Below, in pieces: positions 17,633 to 27,045 of a DNA stretch of 64,000 nucleotides. This stretch comes from Candidatus Latescibacterota bacterium (GTDB taxonomy: Bacteria > Krumholzibacteriota > Krumholzibacteriia > Krumholzibacteriales > Krumholzibacteriaceae): contig JAHOYU010000110.1 of NCBI GenBank assembly GCA_019038625.1, positions 6,209 through 70,208 of the forward strand, given 5' to 3'. A program made the position numbers and the translations under genes. The notes under the pieces are model-generated. The model saw only the letters and a program-made list of their open reading frames with translations, was not told the DNA's origin and made no database searches. Position 1 is the first letter of the stretch; every line of letters starts with the position of its first letter.

Positions 17633-18892
17633 ATGGAAGCTCAGGAAGAAACCCAGAGACCGTGGTGGCGGTGGCTGATACTGCTTATGATCAGCATGGT
17701 CCTTTTCGGATCCTACTACGTCTATGACGCGGTCACACCGATCAACGATTATATCCAGCAGTCGATGGACATCGACAATTCTCAGTACGGATTGCTGTTC
17801 ACATTGTATTCTTTGCCAAACCTCTTTTTTCTGGTGGTCTTTGCGGGTGTCCTGCTCGACAGGCTCGGAATAAAAAAGGCAGGGATCCTGTATGCTGGAT
17901 TATGTGTCTTAGGTTCCCTTGTGACCTCTGTAGCCGCGGACAAGTCTTTTGTCTGGATGCTGGTCGGAAGAGGGATATTCGGGTTCGGATCGGAAGCGGC
18001 GATCCTGGTCGTCAACAAGGTGATAGCGAGGTGGTTCAGGGGGAAAGAGCTTTCACTGGCCTTCGGTCTTAATATAACGGTATGCAGGATGGGTACTTTT
18101 CTGGCGATGGGGACTTCCGCGATGATCAGGAACAGCCTGGGTTCGTGGACATGGTCGGTCTGGGCCGGTACTGCGGTCATGTTCGTCACATTCCTTCTCT
18201 TCCTCGTATATCTGGCCATGGACAAGAAGGGTGTAAGCGCCGGGGAGGATAGCGAGGAACAGGTCGGCATGATGAAGATCCTGAAGGAAGTCCGGAACTT
18301 CGGGCCATCGTTCTGGCTGGTGAGTCTTCTGTGCGTGACCTTTTATTCGGCGATGTTTCCCTTCCTTTCACACGCTCCACGCCTCCTTCAGAAGCAGTTC
18401 TCGATGAGCGCGACGCAGGCCGGATGGTATACTGCCATGGCTTCAGGGAGTACGATGATCTTTACGCCGATCTTCGGTTTTCTTGTAGACAAGTTCGGCA
18501 AGCGGGGGACACTGATGATGCTTGGATCGCTTCTGCTTTTCCCCGCCCATCTTCTTCTGGGATTGACAAATATACATCCTGCCGTACCTTTTATCATCCT
18601 GGGCATTTCCTTTTCTCTCGTTCCTGCTGCCCTCTGGCCGGCTGTTCCTATCCTGGTCAAAGAGAATTACCTGGGGACCGCGTACGGTATGATCGGGTGG
18701 ATCCAGAACGCGGGGCTGACGCTTTTCCCGTGGCTTGCCGGGATCGTGGTCGACAGGAACGGGTATTTTCCTATGCAAATCATGTTTGCCTCTCTGGGTT
18801 TTGTAGGCCTGATATCTGCTTTTATACTTCTAAAAACCGACAAGAGGCTTGGTACCGGGTTGCAGCTTCCGAGCAGGGAGGCACAGGCCTAG
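17633..18892 (+). CDS. MFS transporter.
   Basis: It has about 12 predicted TM helices. An MFS-like motif, GVLLDRLGIKKAG, sits in loop 2-3. Confidence 0.8.
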   Translation: MEAQEETQRPWWRWLILLMISMVLFGSYYVYDAVTPINDYIQQSMDIDNSQYGLLFTLYSLPNLFFLVVFAGVLLDRLGIKKAGILYAGLCVLGSLVTSVAADKSFVWMLVGRGIFGFGSEAAILVVNKVIARWFRGKELSLAFGLNITVCRMGTFLAMGTSAMIRNSLGSWTWSVWAGTAVMFVTFLLFLVYLAMDKKGVSAGEDSEEQVGMMKILKEVRNFGPSFWLVSLLCVTFYSAMFPFLSHAPRLLQKQFSMSATQAGWYTAMASGSTMIFTPIFGFLVDKFGKRGTLMMLGSLLLFPAHLLLGLTNIHPAVPFIILGISFSLVPAALWPAVPILVKENYLGTAYGMIGWIQNAGLTLFPWLAGIVVDRNGYFPMQIMFASLGFVGLISAFILLKTDKRLGTGLQLPSREAQA

Positions 18893-18917
18893 ATCGTTTA
18901 TACAGATTTTCAGAAAA

Positions 18918-18947
18918 AGAGGCCCGGGAATTTATTCCCGGGCCTCT
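18918..18947. terminator. Bidirectional terminator between convergent genes.
   Basis: A 13-bp stem (AGAGGCCCGGGAA ttta TTCCCGGGCCTCT) lies between the MFS 3' end and the S9 peptidase 3' end. Confidence 0.7.
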
Positions 18948-19004
18948 TTCTGTGTCTGAATGTGGTGTCACCTGGATATTGAGGCCAGGATCATCCGCCG
19001 GTCT

Positions 19005-22000
19005 TTATTCCTTTTCCAGGATCTTCATCAGGTCCTTTTCAAGAGATTCTTCGGGAGTCTCGACGATTCTGCCGATCTCTTTGCCGCCCCGGTATATGAT
19101 GATGGTTGCGACCCTTTCGACATCGTAATAGTCCTTCAGCCTTTCTGACCATGTCAGGACTCTTGCCGGTACTCGCAGGTCGGTCGAGAAACGGGAGCTT
19201 CCCACTGCATACATCCTGATTTCCGAAACGGGATAATCGACCGTTTCCAGGAGCTTCCAGAGTCTCGGTATCTCTCTCTGTGAGTCGGAGCACCATGTAC
19301 CGAGGACACAGGTGATCTCGACACCATAGATCTCCTCTTCGATGGCGGAAAGTGTCTCAGGGTCAGGAGTATAGTCGAAGAATTCGTCATCCCATCCTGC
19401 GATAGTGTTAGTAATATCCTCTCTTGTCACCTCTCCCAGCAGTGCCCGGTAGTCTTCCTTAAGTAAGACTTCGTGCAGCCCATGGTAAGCGGGAAGGCTT
19501 TTCTTTGGAGGATCTATAGCGGGATACATCTCGTCCCACCACTCGGGCTGATCCTTGAGGTACTTGTCGAACCAGGCGATCTGAGCGTCAGACCATGATA
19601 TTCTCTTTTTGTAATCGATGATAAAATGGTTCTGTCCCTCATATTTGATATATTCGACATCCTTGCCCAGGATCTTCAATGCAGTATACATCTGCTCGCT
19701 TTCGCCCGGTGGAACGTTGGTGTCCGCTGCCCCGTGCAGAAGCAGAAGGGGGGTGACGATCTTGTCAGCCGCAAAGAGGGGGCTCTGGTCGACATAGATA
19801 TCAGGCCTGTTCCATGGGTAACTTTCTGCTGCCGATACAGCGTTATAAGCATATCCCCAATATCCTTCTCCCCAGTAGCTTCCGATCATGCTTATGCCTG
19901 CATGGGATACTGCTGCAGCGAAGATATCGGTCTGTGTTATCACCAGCTGTGTCATGAAGCCCCCGAATGACGCGCCTTCGCATCCTACCCTGTATGGATT
20001 TACAAATGGATGGGCATCGAGGAATTTTCCTACTCCGGAGATGATCTCCTCTGAGGTCACTTTCCCCCAGTCGTTGACATGCGCGGTGGAGAATTCCTGT
20101 CCGAATCCGGTCGCGCCACTTGGCTGGAGTACGTACACGATGAAATCTTTGGCGGCCCAGAGGTTGAACGGGTATCTGCCGGCGAAACGCCTGTCGACAG
20201 GCGAAGTCCCTGCGTAATAATAGACGATGCATGGATAGAGGCGAGTTGAATCGAAATCGGGAGGATAGTGGATCCTTCCAATGATCGTAGTCCCGGATTC
20301 GGTAACGAAGTCGAAGTCTCCGATCTCACCGATTATTACGTCATCCAGTATTCCGGAGCCGGGAGAAGCTATCTTCCTGACCCTGTCTTTTTTCAGATCG
20401 ATAGAATATACTGCTGGAGACAGGCTCGTTCCTTCTCCCGCAAATGCTGCTATTGATCTGTTAGATGAAATGCTCAGCCTGCTGACGACATCAGCATCCG
20501 TCTTTATCTCCCGGAATGTCTGTTTACGGGCATTGTACCTGTAAAATTTCTTCAGGTCTTTCTTTGCCGCAGTGATGTAGATCCTGTTATCGGCTTTAGA
20601 CCAGATGGCTCCGGAAATGGCAGGATCGAAATCTCTTGATATGGCTTCTACTTCACCAGTCTCAGAGTCCATGATATAGAGCTGGCCATCGTAATCGTTC
20701 GGAATCACTCTTTCTTTCACATCGACTCCGATATTACCGAAAGTGGAGGGTCCTCCTTTGATCAATATCTTTTTCCCGTCCGGAGACCATTGAGCACCAC
20801 CGACCCAGTGTCCTTTGTGAAGCTGCCTGGTACTCATATCATCGAGATCCAGAAGGATAAGTTCCGATGTGCCGAATGGCCTCTCGGACAGATCTTCATA
20901 ATATCTTGAGAGCAGGATCTTCCGGCCGTCGGGATGTATATCACTGACGTACGAATCGAATTTTCCGGCGGCCAGTTTCCTCACCGACCCTCCCGGCACG
21001 GAAGTCATCATCATGGATGTCCTGTTTCTGGCGAAGCGCTGCCTGTCCTGTATCCCCCGCAGCCTTTTTACACCTGTACCGTCGTCTTTCGCATTGTCAT
21101 TGATATAATAGACCATCCATGTACCGTCAGGACTCCAGGTGTAACCTCCGAGGTCTTTTATATGCTCTATGACGGTTTCGGTTCTGCCGCTATCAAGGTC
21201 GAGGATCCGTATGGAACCCTTTCCATTTTTTCTCGCAGTATATGACAGGCGGTTTCCTGTAGGCGCCCACTCCATATTCGACATTTCGCTTTCACGTATT
21301 GTGTTGACGAGTTCGCCGTCCGGAAGCTTTCTTATTTCCCTGTAGCTCTCCCGCTTCCCTTCAGGCGGGAGAAATCTCCAGTAACTTATAAGGGCAAGAT
21401 TTCCGTTCGGTGATACGTCTATTCCACTGATATTGGGGACATCGAGAACATGTGATATGTTCAATCTCATCGTCGGGTCTGTCGAGACGACCGGTTTTTC
21501 CTTGAAGTCATCCGATATCTTCATCGAGGCATCCATTCGCCAATCGGCGACCGTATCGCCGGGGACATGGACCATTTTTGCGATAAGAAGATGTTTTCCC
21601 TGCTTAAGATTCGTGCTTCCCGATTTTGCTTCTCCGAGCTTGCCTGTTCCGCTGACCGTCTCTGACTTTACCAGAGATACTCCGTCGATGAATAATTCAA
21701 AAGGGTCAGACGAAGATGCTTCGATTTCGATTTTCATCCATCGCGGCAGTTCTATCCATGCCGCCAGGTATGAAGTGGATGGCAGGTCTGTCAGGCTTTC
21801 GAGCAGGGTGCCGAGAGTATCGGCTGAAACTTCGGTCCATGACATCGGGCCCTCGAGTGTGTTGACAGAACTACCCACAGACGGGGAAAGACGTCTTAAG
21901 TCCATATCCTTAAAAGATAAAAGAAATGCGGCGTCGTTATCTTTCCCGTCCTCATCATGAAACGCTGGAAATTGCGATATTATTGGGCCAAGGCGCAGCC

Positions 22001-22163
22001 ATTGATCGATATGGAGTTTTGCGTCTTCCAGTTTTTCAATCGTCCCCGAGCTGTCCGGCTTTTCCTGTGGTTCCGTGTCAGTCTGGGATAGTGCCGGGAT
22101 GGCCGACAGGATAATGAAGGCGATAACGACAGACACGAGTCCTGATTTCAGCAGATTCCTCAT
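19005..22163 (-). CDS. Secreted multidomain protein with a TolB-like beta-propeller, an S9 prolyl-oligopeptidase/dipeptidyl-peptidase catalytic domain and a C-terminal thioredoxin-like (CxxS) domain.
   Basis: The start is taken at MRNLLKSGLVSVVIAFIILSAIPALSQ (signal peptide). S9 motifs are present (GASFGG, then LLLHGAADTNVP, then GQNHFI). The C-terminal roughly 150 aa contain VLGTWCSDSQ and a Trx-fold-like beta/alpha pattern. Confidence 0.8.
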   Translation of the reverse strand: MRNLLKSGLVSVVIAFIILSAIPALSQTDTEPQEKPDSSGTIEKLEDAKLHIDQWLRLGPIISQFPAFHDEDGKDNDAAFLLSFKDMDLRRLSPSVGSSVNTLEGPMSWTEVSADTLGTLLESLTDLPSTSYLAAWIELPRWMKIEIEASSSDPFELFIDGVSLVKSETVSGTGKLGEAKSGSTNLKQGKHLLIAKMVHVPGDTVADWRMDASMKISDDFKEKPVVSTDPTMRLNISHVLDVPNISGIDVSPNGNLALISYWRFLPPEGKRESYREIRKLPDGELVNTIRESEMSNMEWAPTGNRLSYTARKNGKGSIRILDLDSGRTETVIEHIKDLGGYTWSPDGTWMVYYINDNAKDDGTGVKRLRGIQDRQRFARNRTSMMMTSVPGGSVRKLAAGKFDSYVSDIHPDGRKILLSRYYEDLSERPFGTSELILLDLDDMSTRQLHKGHWVGGAQWSPDGKKILIKGGPSTFGNIGVDVKERVIPNDYDGQLYIMDSETGEVEAISRDFDPAISGAIWSKADNRIYITAAKKDLKKFYRYNARKQTFREIKTDADVVSRLSISSNRSIAAFAGEGTSLSPAVYSIDLKKDRVRKIASPGSGILDDVIIGEIGDFDFVTESGTTIIGRIHYPPDFDSTRLYPCIVYYYAGTSPVDRRFAGRYPFNLWAAKDFIVYVLQPSGATGFGQEFSTAHVNDWGKVTSEEIISGVGKFLDAHPFVNPYRVGCEGASFGGFMTQLVITQTDIFAAAVSHAGISMIGSYWGEGYWGYAYNAVSAAESYPWNRPDIYVDQSPLFAADKIVTPLLLLHGAADTNVPPGESEQMYTALKILGKDVEYIKYEGQNHFIIDYKKRISWSDAQIAWFDKYLKDQPEWWDEMYPAIDPPKKSLPAYHGLHEVLLKEDYRALLGEVTREDITNTIAGWDDEFFDYTPDPETLSAIEEEIYGVEITCVLGTWCSDSQREIPRLWKLLETVDYPVSEIRMYAVGSSRFSTDLRVPARVLTWSERLKDYYDVERVATIIIYRGGKEIGRIVETPEESLEKDLMKILEKE

Positions 22164-22451
22164 CTGTTTCCTTTCGTTCCGGTTGAGCGGACTGATGGCA
22201 GTATTTAAATGCTTCAAATTCAACAAGCATCGATCGATAAATAATACAGACACTACTCCTGTTGTTCAAGGATACTATAGTGTCTATTTTATAAATATCA
22301 GCGGGACAAAAGTTCCTGCAGGAAACAATGAATTCGACTCTTGAGGTCTATTCCTTGATTGTCAGGAAGAGACCGGTCGGTTCTTCTTGAAGTCATTCAA
22401 TAGCCGGGTTATATTCAATTTTCGCCGAACAATGGGAAGGAGACCCTTGAG

Positions 22452-22967
22452 ATGTCGAGAAAGCTAGGTTTTACGGGACTTATAGTGATAATGATCCTGG
22501 TCGGATGTGGTGCTGGCAGTGAAGAGAAGACCGCCGATGGCTGGCTCAGCTTCAACGAGGGCATGGAACTGGCCGCCAGTTCAGGGAAGCCCGTGATTGT
22601 CGATTTCTATACTTCATGGTGCAAATGGTGCAAGGTCATGGACAGGGACACTTTTTCCAATCCTGAGGTAAAAGCTGCGTTGGAAAAGGATTTTGTCACA
22701 ATACGGATAAATGCTGAGAATAGGAAAGATAAGCTCCGATATAAGGGCAAAGAATATACTCCTGTGGAATTGACGAGGTTGTTCAAAGTGAGAGGATTTC
22801 CCTCTCTTGCATACATGGAGAGTGATGGAGAACTTATCATGGTCGTGCCCGGTTTCAAAAAACCGGATGTATTCATGCCGACCCTGAGATATATTATAGA
22901 TGGATGCCACAGGAAAGGCGTCACTCTGGATCAATATATTCGGAATGGCGGAGAATGTGGGAAGTGA
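22452..22967 (+). CDS. Thioredoxin-family lipoprotein (WCxWC redox motif, COG2143-like).
   Basis: It has a GGAAGGAG RBS and a lipobox LVGC. The redox motif reads VIVDFYTSWCKWCKVMD. Confidence 0.8.
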   Translation: MSRKLGFTGLIVIMILVGCGAGSEEKTADGWLSFNEGMELAASSGKPVIVDFYTSWCKWCKVMDRDTFSNPEVKAALEKDFVTIRINAENRKDKLRYKGKEYTPVELTRLFKVRGFPSLAYMESDGELIMVVPGFKKPDVFMPTLRYIIDGCHRKGVTLDQYIRNGGECGK

Positions 22968-23020
22968 TCGCTTCAGTATTCTTTGATGCGAGAGGACGGG
23001 AATAATTCGAGGATGTAAAG

Positions 23021-23413
23021 ATGTATAGTATTGAAAAAAAGGATTACGGTCTCAGAATCGTTGAGGGGGGAATCGTCGGAATCGAGGAAGCCCTGGAATT
23101 ACTGAGCGAACTCAAGGCTGAAATAGAAAAAGTAAAACGCCCTTTCCAGATCTTTGTCGACATGAGGACTCTGTTGCCCCTTTCAGAAGAGGTACAGAAA
23201 GTGTTTGTCGATGCGCATATATTAGTGCTGGCAAATGGTATGAACAGGTCTGTCGCCATACTCAAAGACAATCTTGTGATTCTTCAGCACATCAAGACCT
23301 CCAAAGAAACGGGTCTCGATCAGGTAGAGCGGTATATCAGTGCTCTTGACAATCCCGATTGGGAACAACAGGGACTTGACTGGATACTGGATGGGAAAGA
23401 ACCGACAGGCTGA
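23021..23413 (+). CDS. Hypothetical protein.
   Basis: The ORF has coding-like composition and plausible start context. I recognise no family. Confidence 0.45.
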   Translation: MYSIEKKDYGLRIVEGGIVGIEEALELLSELKAEIEKVKRPFQIFVDMRTLLPLSEEVQKVFVDAHILVLANGMNRSVAILKDNLVILQHIKTSKETGLDQVERYISALDNPDWEQQGLDWILDGKEPTG

Positions 23414-23443
23414 AGTCAGCGGTGAAAGAACAGGAGGACGGGA

Positions 23444-24526
23444 ATGAGAATTGGAGTTTTGACTGGTGGTGGGGATGCCCCTGGACTGAACCCTGCGATT
23501 GCCGGAGTGGTGGAACGTGCGTCGATGTACGGACACAAGGTGATAGGTCTCAAACGCGGATGGGAAGCACTGTGCATCAAGGATAACAAGAATCATGTCG
23601 TGGAACTGGGGCCTGAGATAATCCGTGAGTACAGCAGGCTCGGTGGCAGCAAGCTTCTCTGCAGCAGGACCAATCCCGTTTCGGAAAAGAATGACAGGAC
23701 CGAACTGGTCCTGAAAAATATCAAGAAATTAAAGCTGGATGCCCTGATCGCGATGGGTGGAGACGACACACTGGGCGCTGGAGCTGTTCTGGCAGAGCGA
23801 GGAGTACCTGTAATAGGTATCCCCAAGACTATCGACAGGGACCTTGCTGGAACAGAATACTCCCTGGGATATGATACAGCTCTCAATGTGATCACCGATT
23901 GCGCCGAGCGTATCGCGCAATCCGCCGAATCACACCAGACGATCTTTTTCCTGGAAGTGATGGGTCGTCACGCGGGATGGCTGGCATTGAGGGGTGGAGA
24001 GGCGGCTTTCGCTGACGTCATCCTGATCCCGGAATACGCCTTCACGATCGATAAACTTTCAGAAGTCCTGCGCGAGCAGCTGGAAACCAGCACCAAAATC
24101 GGATTTGACCATGTCTACAAGATAATCGTGGTTGCCGAAGGAGCTCATATCACCGGTGAGGAAGAAGTCAGAAAAGATGCCAAGATCGACGACTTCGGTC
24201 ATTACAGCCTCGGTGGAGTGGGAAACTATCTGAAAGGCCTTATGGAACACAGGTTCCGGCACACAAGATACTCAGCGCTTGCGTATCTGCAGAGAGGCGC
24301 CCCGCCATCCCAGAAAGACAGGCAGATCGGCAGGCGTTTCGGACATAACGCCGTCGAGATGCTGAACAGCGGTGACACGGGATACATGGTCGCGGTCCAG
24401 CGTTCAAGGCTGGTCAAGGTCCCTCTGGCGGAAGTGAAGAACTCTCCGAGCCTGGTCGATGTCGATAAGTACTATAATACCGACAAGTTGAACGTAAAGA
24501 TCGAGTGGACCGATATGGCGGAGTAG
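23444..24526 (+). CDS. pfp: 6-phosphofructokinase (PFK-A family) with sequence signatures of the PPi-dependent type.
   Basis: PFK-A motifs are present (GVLTGGGDAPGLN, MGGDDTLGAG, IGIPKTIDRDL, MGRHAGWLAL). GGDDT replaces GGDGS and PKTID replaces PGTID; these are the Gly-to-Asp and Gly-to-Lys changes characteristic of PPi-PFK. Confidence 0.85.
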   Translation: MRIGVLTGGGDAPGLNPAIAGVVERASMYGHKVIGLKRGWEALCIKDNKNHVVELGPEIIREYSRLGGSKLLCSRTNPVSEKNDRTELVLKNIKKLKLDALIAMGGDDTLGAGAVLAERGVPVIGIPKTIDRDLAGTEYSLGYDTALNVITDCAERIAQSAESHQTIFFLEVMGRHAGWLALRGGEAAFADVILIPEYAFTIDKLSEVLREQLETSTKIGFDHVYKIIVVAEGAHITGEEEVRKDAKIDDFGHYSLGGVGNYLKGLMEHRFRHTRYSALAYLQRGAPPSQKDRQIGRRFGHNAVEMLNSGDTGYMVAVQRSRLVKVPLAEVKNSPSLVDVDKYYNTDKLNVKIEWTDMAE

Positions 24527-24533
24527 TGAGCCA

Positions 24534-25721
24534 TCATCTCCTGAATAATCCAACCATTTCAACATGGTATGTCCCCGGAAACATATCTATAAGGTGGAGT
24601 TTGTTCAGCGAATAACCGGATTCGATCAGGCGTGAGGCGTCCCTGGCAAATGTGGGGGGCTCGCAGGATACCATTATTATTTCAGGTGGGCGAAGTTTTA
24701 TTATTCCCCTGGCAGCTTCCGCGGGGATGCCGCTCCTGGGTGGATCGGCGATGAGCAGGTCCGTTTGTCCGATCCGGAAGATCTCTTTTTCGACCTTGCC
24801 CTTTCTGAAGGTAACATTCGATATTTTGTTGAGTTTCTTTGCCGCAAGCGCGCTTTTATGCCCGTTTCGGTCGTTTTCGATGCCGATGGCTTCTCCTGCA
24901 ATCTTCGAAAAGGGAAGGGTAAAAAATCCAGCTCCGCAGTACAGATCCAACAGTCTGTGGGGAGTCGAAGAAGAGAGAGAGAGGGTCTTCTCGATAAGGG
25001 TATCGGTCATAAGGCGATTAACCTGGAAGAATGATTGTGGAGATATGGGGAAGTGGTATCCCCCGGCTTCCATCAGCACATCCGGTGGACTTACGTGATC
25101 TTTCAGTCCCCAGAAATGCACGGTGTCAAACCTGTCCATCCTGACTCTGACTTCGCTGACTGGAACAAGGCAGCTCGCGGGAATGGCCGCTATCGCCGAC
25201 CTCATCTCCTCGGGTAGTAGAAGGCATCCTCCCTCGGGAAATGGGACTATGTCGTCCGACTCCCGGCGTATAAAACCCGGATTTCCGTCCCTGTCCACAT
25301 GGAAGACAGAATGATTACGGTAGCCATAACGGCTGGGGCAGGAGGTGAATTCGTCGATCGATGTCTTGATTCCGCCGATTCTTTCAAGACTTTCCAGCGC
25401 GGTGGTTTTTTTCACCTCGATCTCGTTTTCATAGGAGAGGTGAAGCATGTGGCAGCCGCCGCAGATCCCGAATATCGGGCAATCCGGTTCGATCCGAAGT
25501 GGTGATGGTTCGATTATGTTTTCCAGTTTGCCGAAGAGGACTTTCTTTTTGTCTGCCGTTATCTCGAAAGTGACCAGGTCGCCGGGCGCTGTATACGGGA
25601 GAAAGATGGTCTTTCCCTCGGAATGCCCCAGCCCCAGTCCGCCATATACTATTTTTTTTATCTCCACCGGTTCCCGGCTCATAATGATCCTCCAGAAGTT
25701 TTTAATTGTCTCTTCATGCAT
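24534..25721 (-). CDS. rlmD: 23S rRNA (uracil-C5)-methyltransferase RlmD/RumA family (TRAM domain, Fe-S cysteines, SAM methyltransferase).
   Basis: It has a TRAM-like N-terminus and a Cys cluster (CPIFGICGGCHMLH). SAM-binding LLDLYCGAGFFTL and DPPRSG motifs are present. Confidence 0.8.
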   Translation of the reverse strand: MHEETIKNFWRIIMSREPVEIKKIVYGGLGLGHSEGKTIFLPYTAPGDLVTFEITADKKKVLFGKLENIIEPSPLRIEPDCPIFGICGGCHMLHLSYENEIEVKKTTALESLERIGGIKTSIDEFTSCPSRYGYRNHSVFHVDRDGNPGFIRRESDDIVPFPEGGCLLLPEEMRSAIAAIPASCLVPVSEVRVRMDRFDTVHFWGLKDHVSPPDVLMEAGGYHFPISPQSFFQVNRLMTDTLIEKTLSLSSSTPHRLLDLYCGAGFFTLPFSKIAGEAIGIENDRNGHKSALAAKKLNKISNVTFRKGKVEKEIFRIGQTDLLIADPPRSGIPAEAARGIIKLRPPEIIMVSCEPPTFARDASRLIESGYSLNKLHLIDMFPGTYHVEMVGLFRR

Positions 25722-25842
25722 GATACCTCTTTCAAGCTCTTGATGATAGATGATTTGTATTGAATACGGTCAGATGGACAGCTATTATTCACAGGTCGCT
25801 AAGGCTGAGAGGCTTTTCCCGCTGTGACAGAAAGGAAATCTT

Positions 25843-27045
25843 TTGCGTATCGGTATGGTATTGAAGGGCAGGATACCCCCTCCTGATATCCGTGTGGAGA
25901 AGGAGGCCGGGACCCTGGCTGCGGAAGGTCACGAAGTTCATCTTCTTCTTGAGCGTGGAGAGGGAGAAGAACTGGAAGCCATGAACGGCCCTATCCACAT
26001 GTACCGGGGCGTTGAGATGGGCAAGTGGAGAGAGAAGTATCACAGGTACACTTTCAACTTCACATACAGGGATCGGCTTTGGGAAAAGGCTATCACGGAT
26101 TTTGTGAAAAGTCGAAAAATAGAGGTGCTTCATATTCACGATCTTCCGCTGGTGGGCGAAGCGGTCAGGGTCGGGCGAATGCAAGGTATTCCTGTAGTCG
26201 CTGATCTGCACGAGAATTATCCCGGCGGCCTGCAGGTCTGGTACACGAGCCAATTCAAAAAGAAGACCATATACGGGTTCAGGCGCTGGGCCCGGTACGA
26301 AAGAGAGATACTGAGAGAAGTCGATGCTATCATAGCGGTGATCGAGGAATCGAAGGAAAGGATCAAGGGGCTGGGAATTCCTGGAGAGAAGATCCATGTG
26401 GTTCCGAACACTGCTCATGTGGAGAGGATCAACATTCCTCTCGATCCGGCTATCACGGAAAAGTACTCGGACTATTTCATGATCTCCTATATCGGAGGCT
26501 TTGCTCCTCACAGGGGGCTGGACACCGTAATAAGGTCCGTTCCTTTTATGAAGGAGAGGATAAAGGATCTCAGGGTCGTTCTTGTGGGCGACAGGAACAA
26601 GCCATACATGGACTACCTCAAGAGACTTTCTGCCAGTCTCGGCTGCGAAGATACGGTCGAGATGCCCGGATGGCAGCCCTTTGAAAAAATCTGGAGCTAT
26701 ATCGATGCAAGTTCCGTCTGCCTTGTCCCACATGCGAGGAATCCGCACACAGACACCACGATCCCACACAAGATCTTTCAATACATGATGGTGAAAAAGC
26801 CGGTAATCGTGAGCGACTGCCCACCCCTGAAGAGGGTGATCGAGGATTCCGGTGGAGGTCTGGTCTTTACCTGGGACCGTCCCGAAGAACTCGCTGAGAG
26901 TGTGACGAGACTTTATGAGGATGAGGAAACCAGAAAAAATACAGGAGAGAGAGGGTGTGAAGCCTTCCTCGACCGTTACAACTGGGACAGTACCAGTGAT
27001 GAGCTCAAGGAGCTTTATCGTGGGCTGGCCAAAAGGAAGAAGTGA
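25843..27045 (+). CDS. Glycosyltransferase family 4.
   Basis: It has a GT4 N-terminal pattern and a C-terminal EX7E-like region (HTDTTIPHKIFQYMMVKKPVIVSDCPPLKRVIEDSGGGLVF). It starts with TTG after an AAAGGAAA RBS. The large antisense ORF (25789-27084) is judged a shadow ORF. Confidence 0.75.
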   Translation: MRIGMVLKGRIPPPDIRVEKEAGTLAAEGHEVHLLLERGEGEELEAMNGPIHMYRGVEMGKWREKYHRYTFNFTYRDRLWEKAITDFVKSRKIEVLHIHDLPLVGEAVRVGRMQGIPVVADLHENYPGGLQVWYTSQFKKKTIYGFRRWARYEREILREVDAIIAVIEESKERIKGLGIPGEKIHVVPNTAHVERINIPLDPAITEKYSDYFMISYIGGFAPHRGLDTVIRSVPFMKERIKDLRVVLVGDRNKPYMDYLKRLSASLGCEDTVEMPGWQPFEKIWSYIDASSVCLVPHARNPHTDTTIPHKIFQYMMVKKPVIVSDCPPLKRVIEDSGGGLVFTWDRPEELAESVTRLYEDEETRKNTGERGCEAFLDRYNWDSTSDELKELYRGLAKRKK

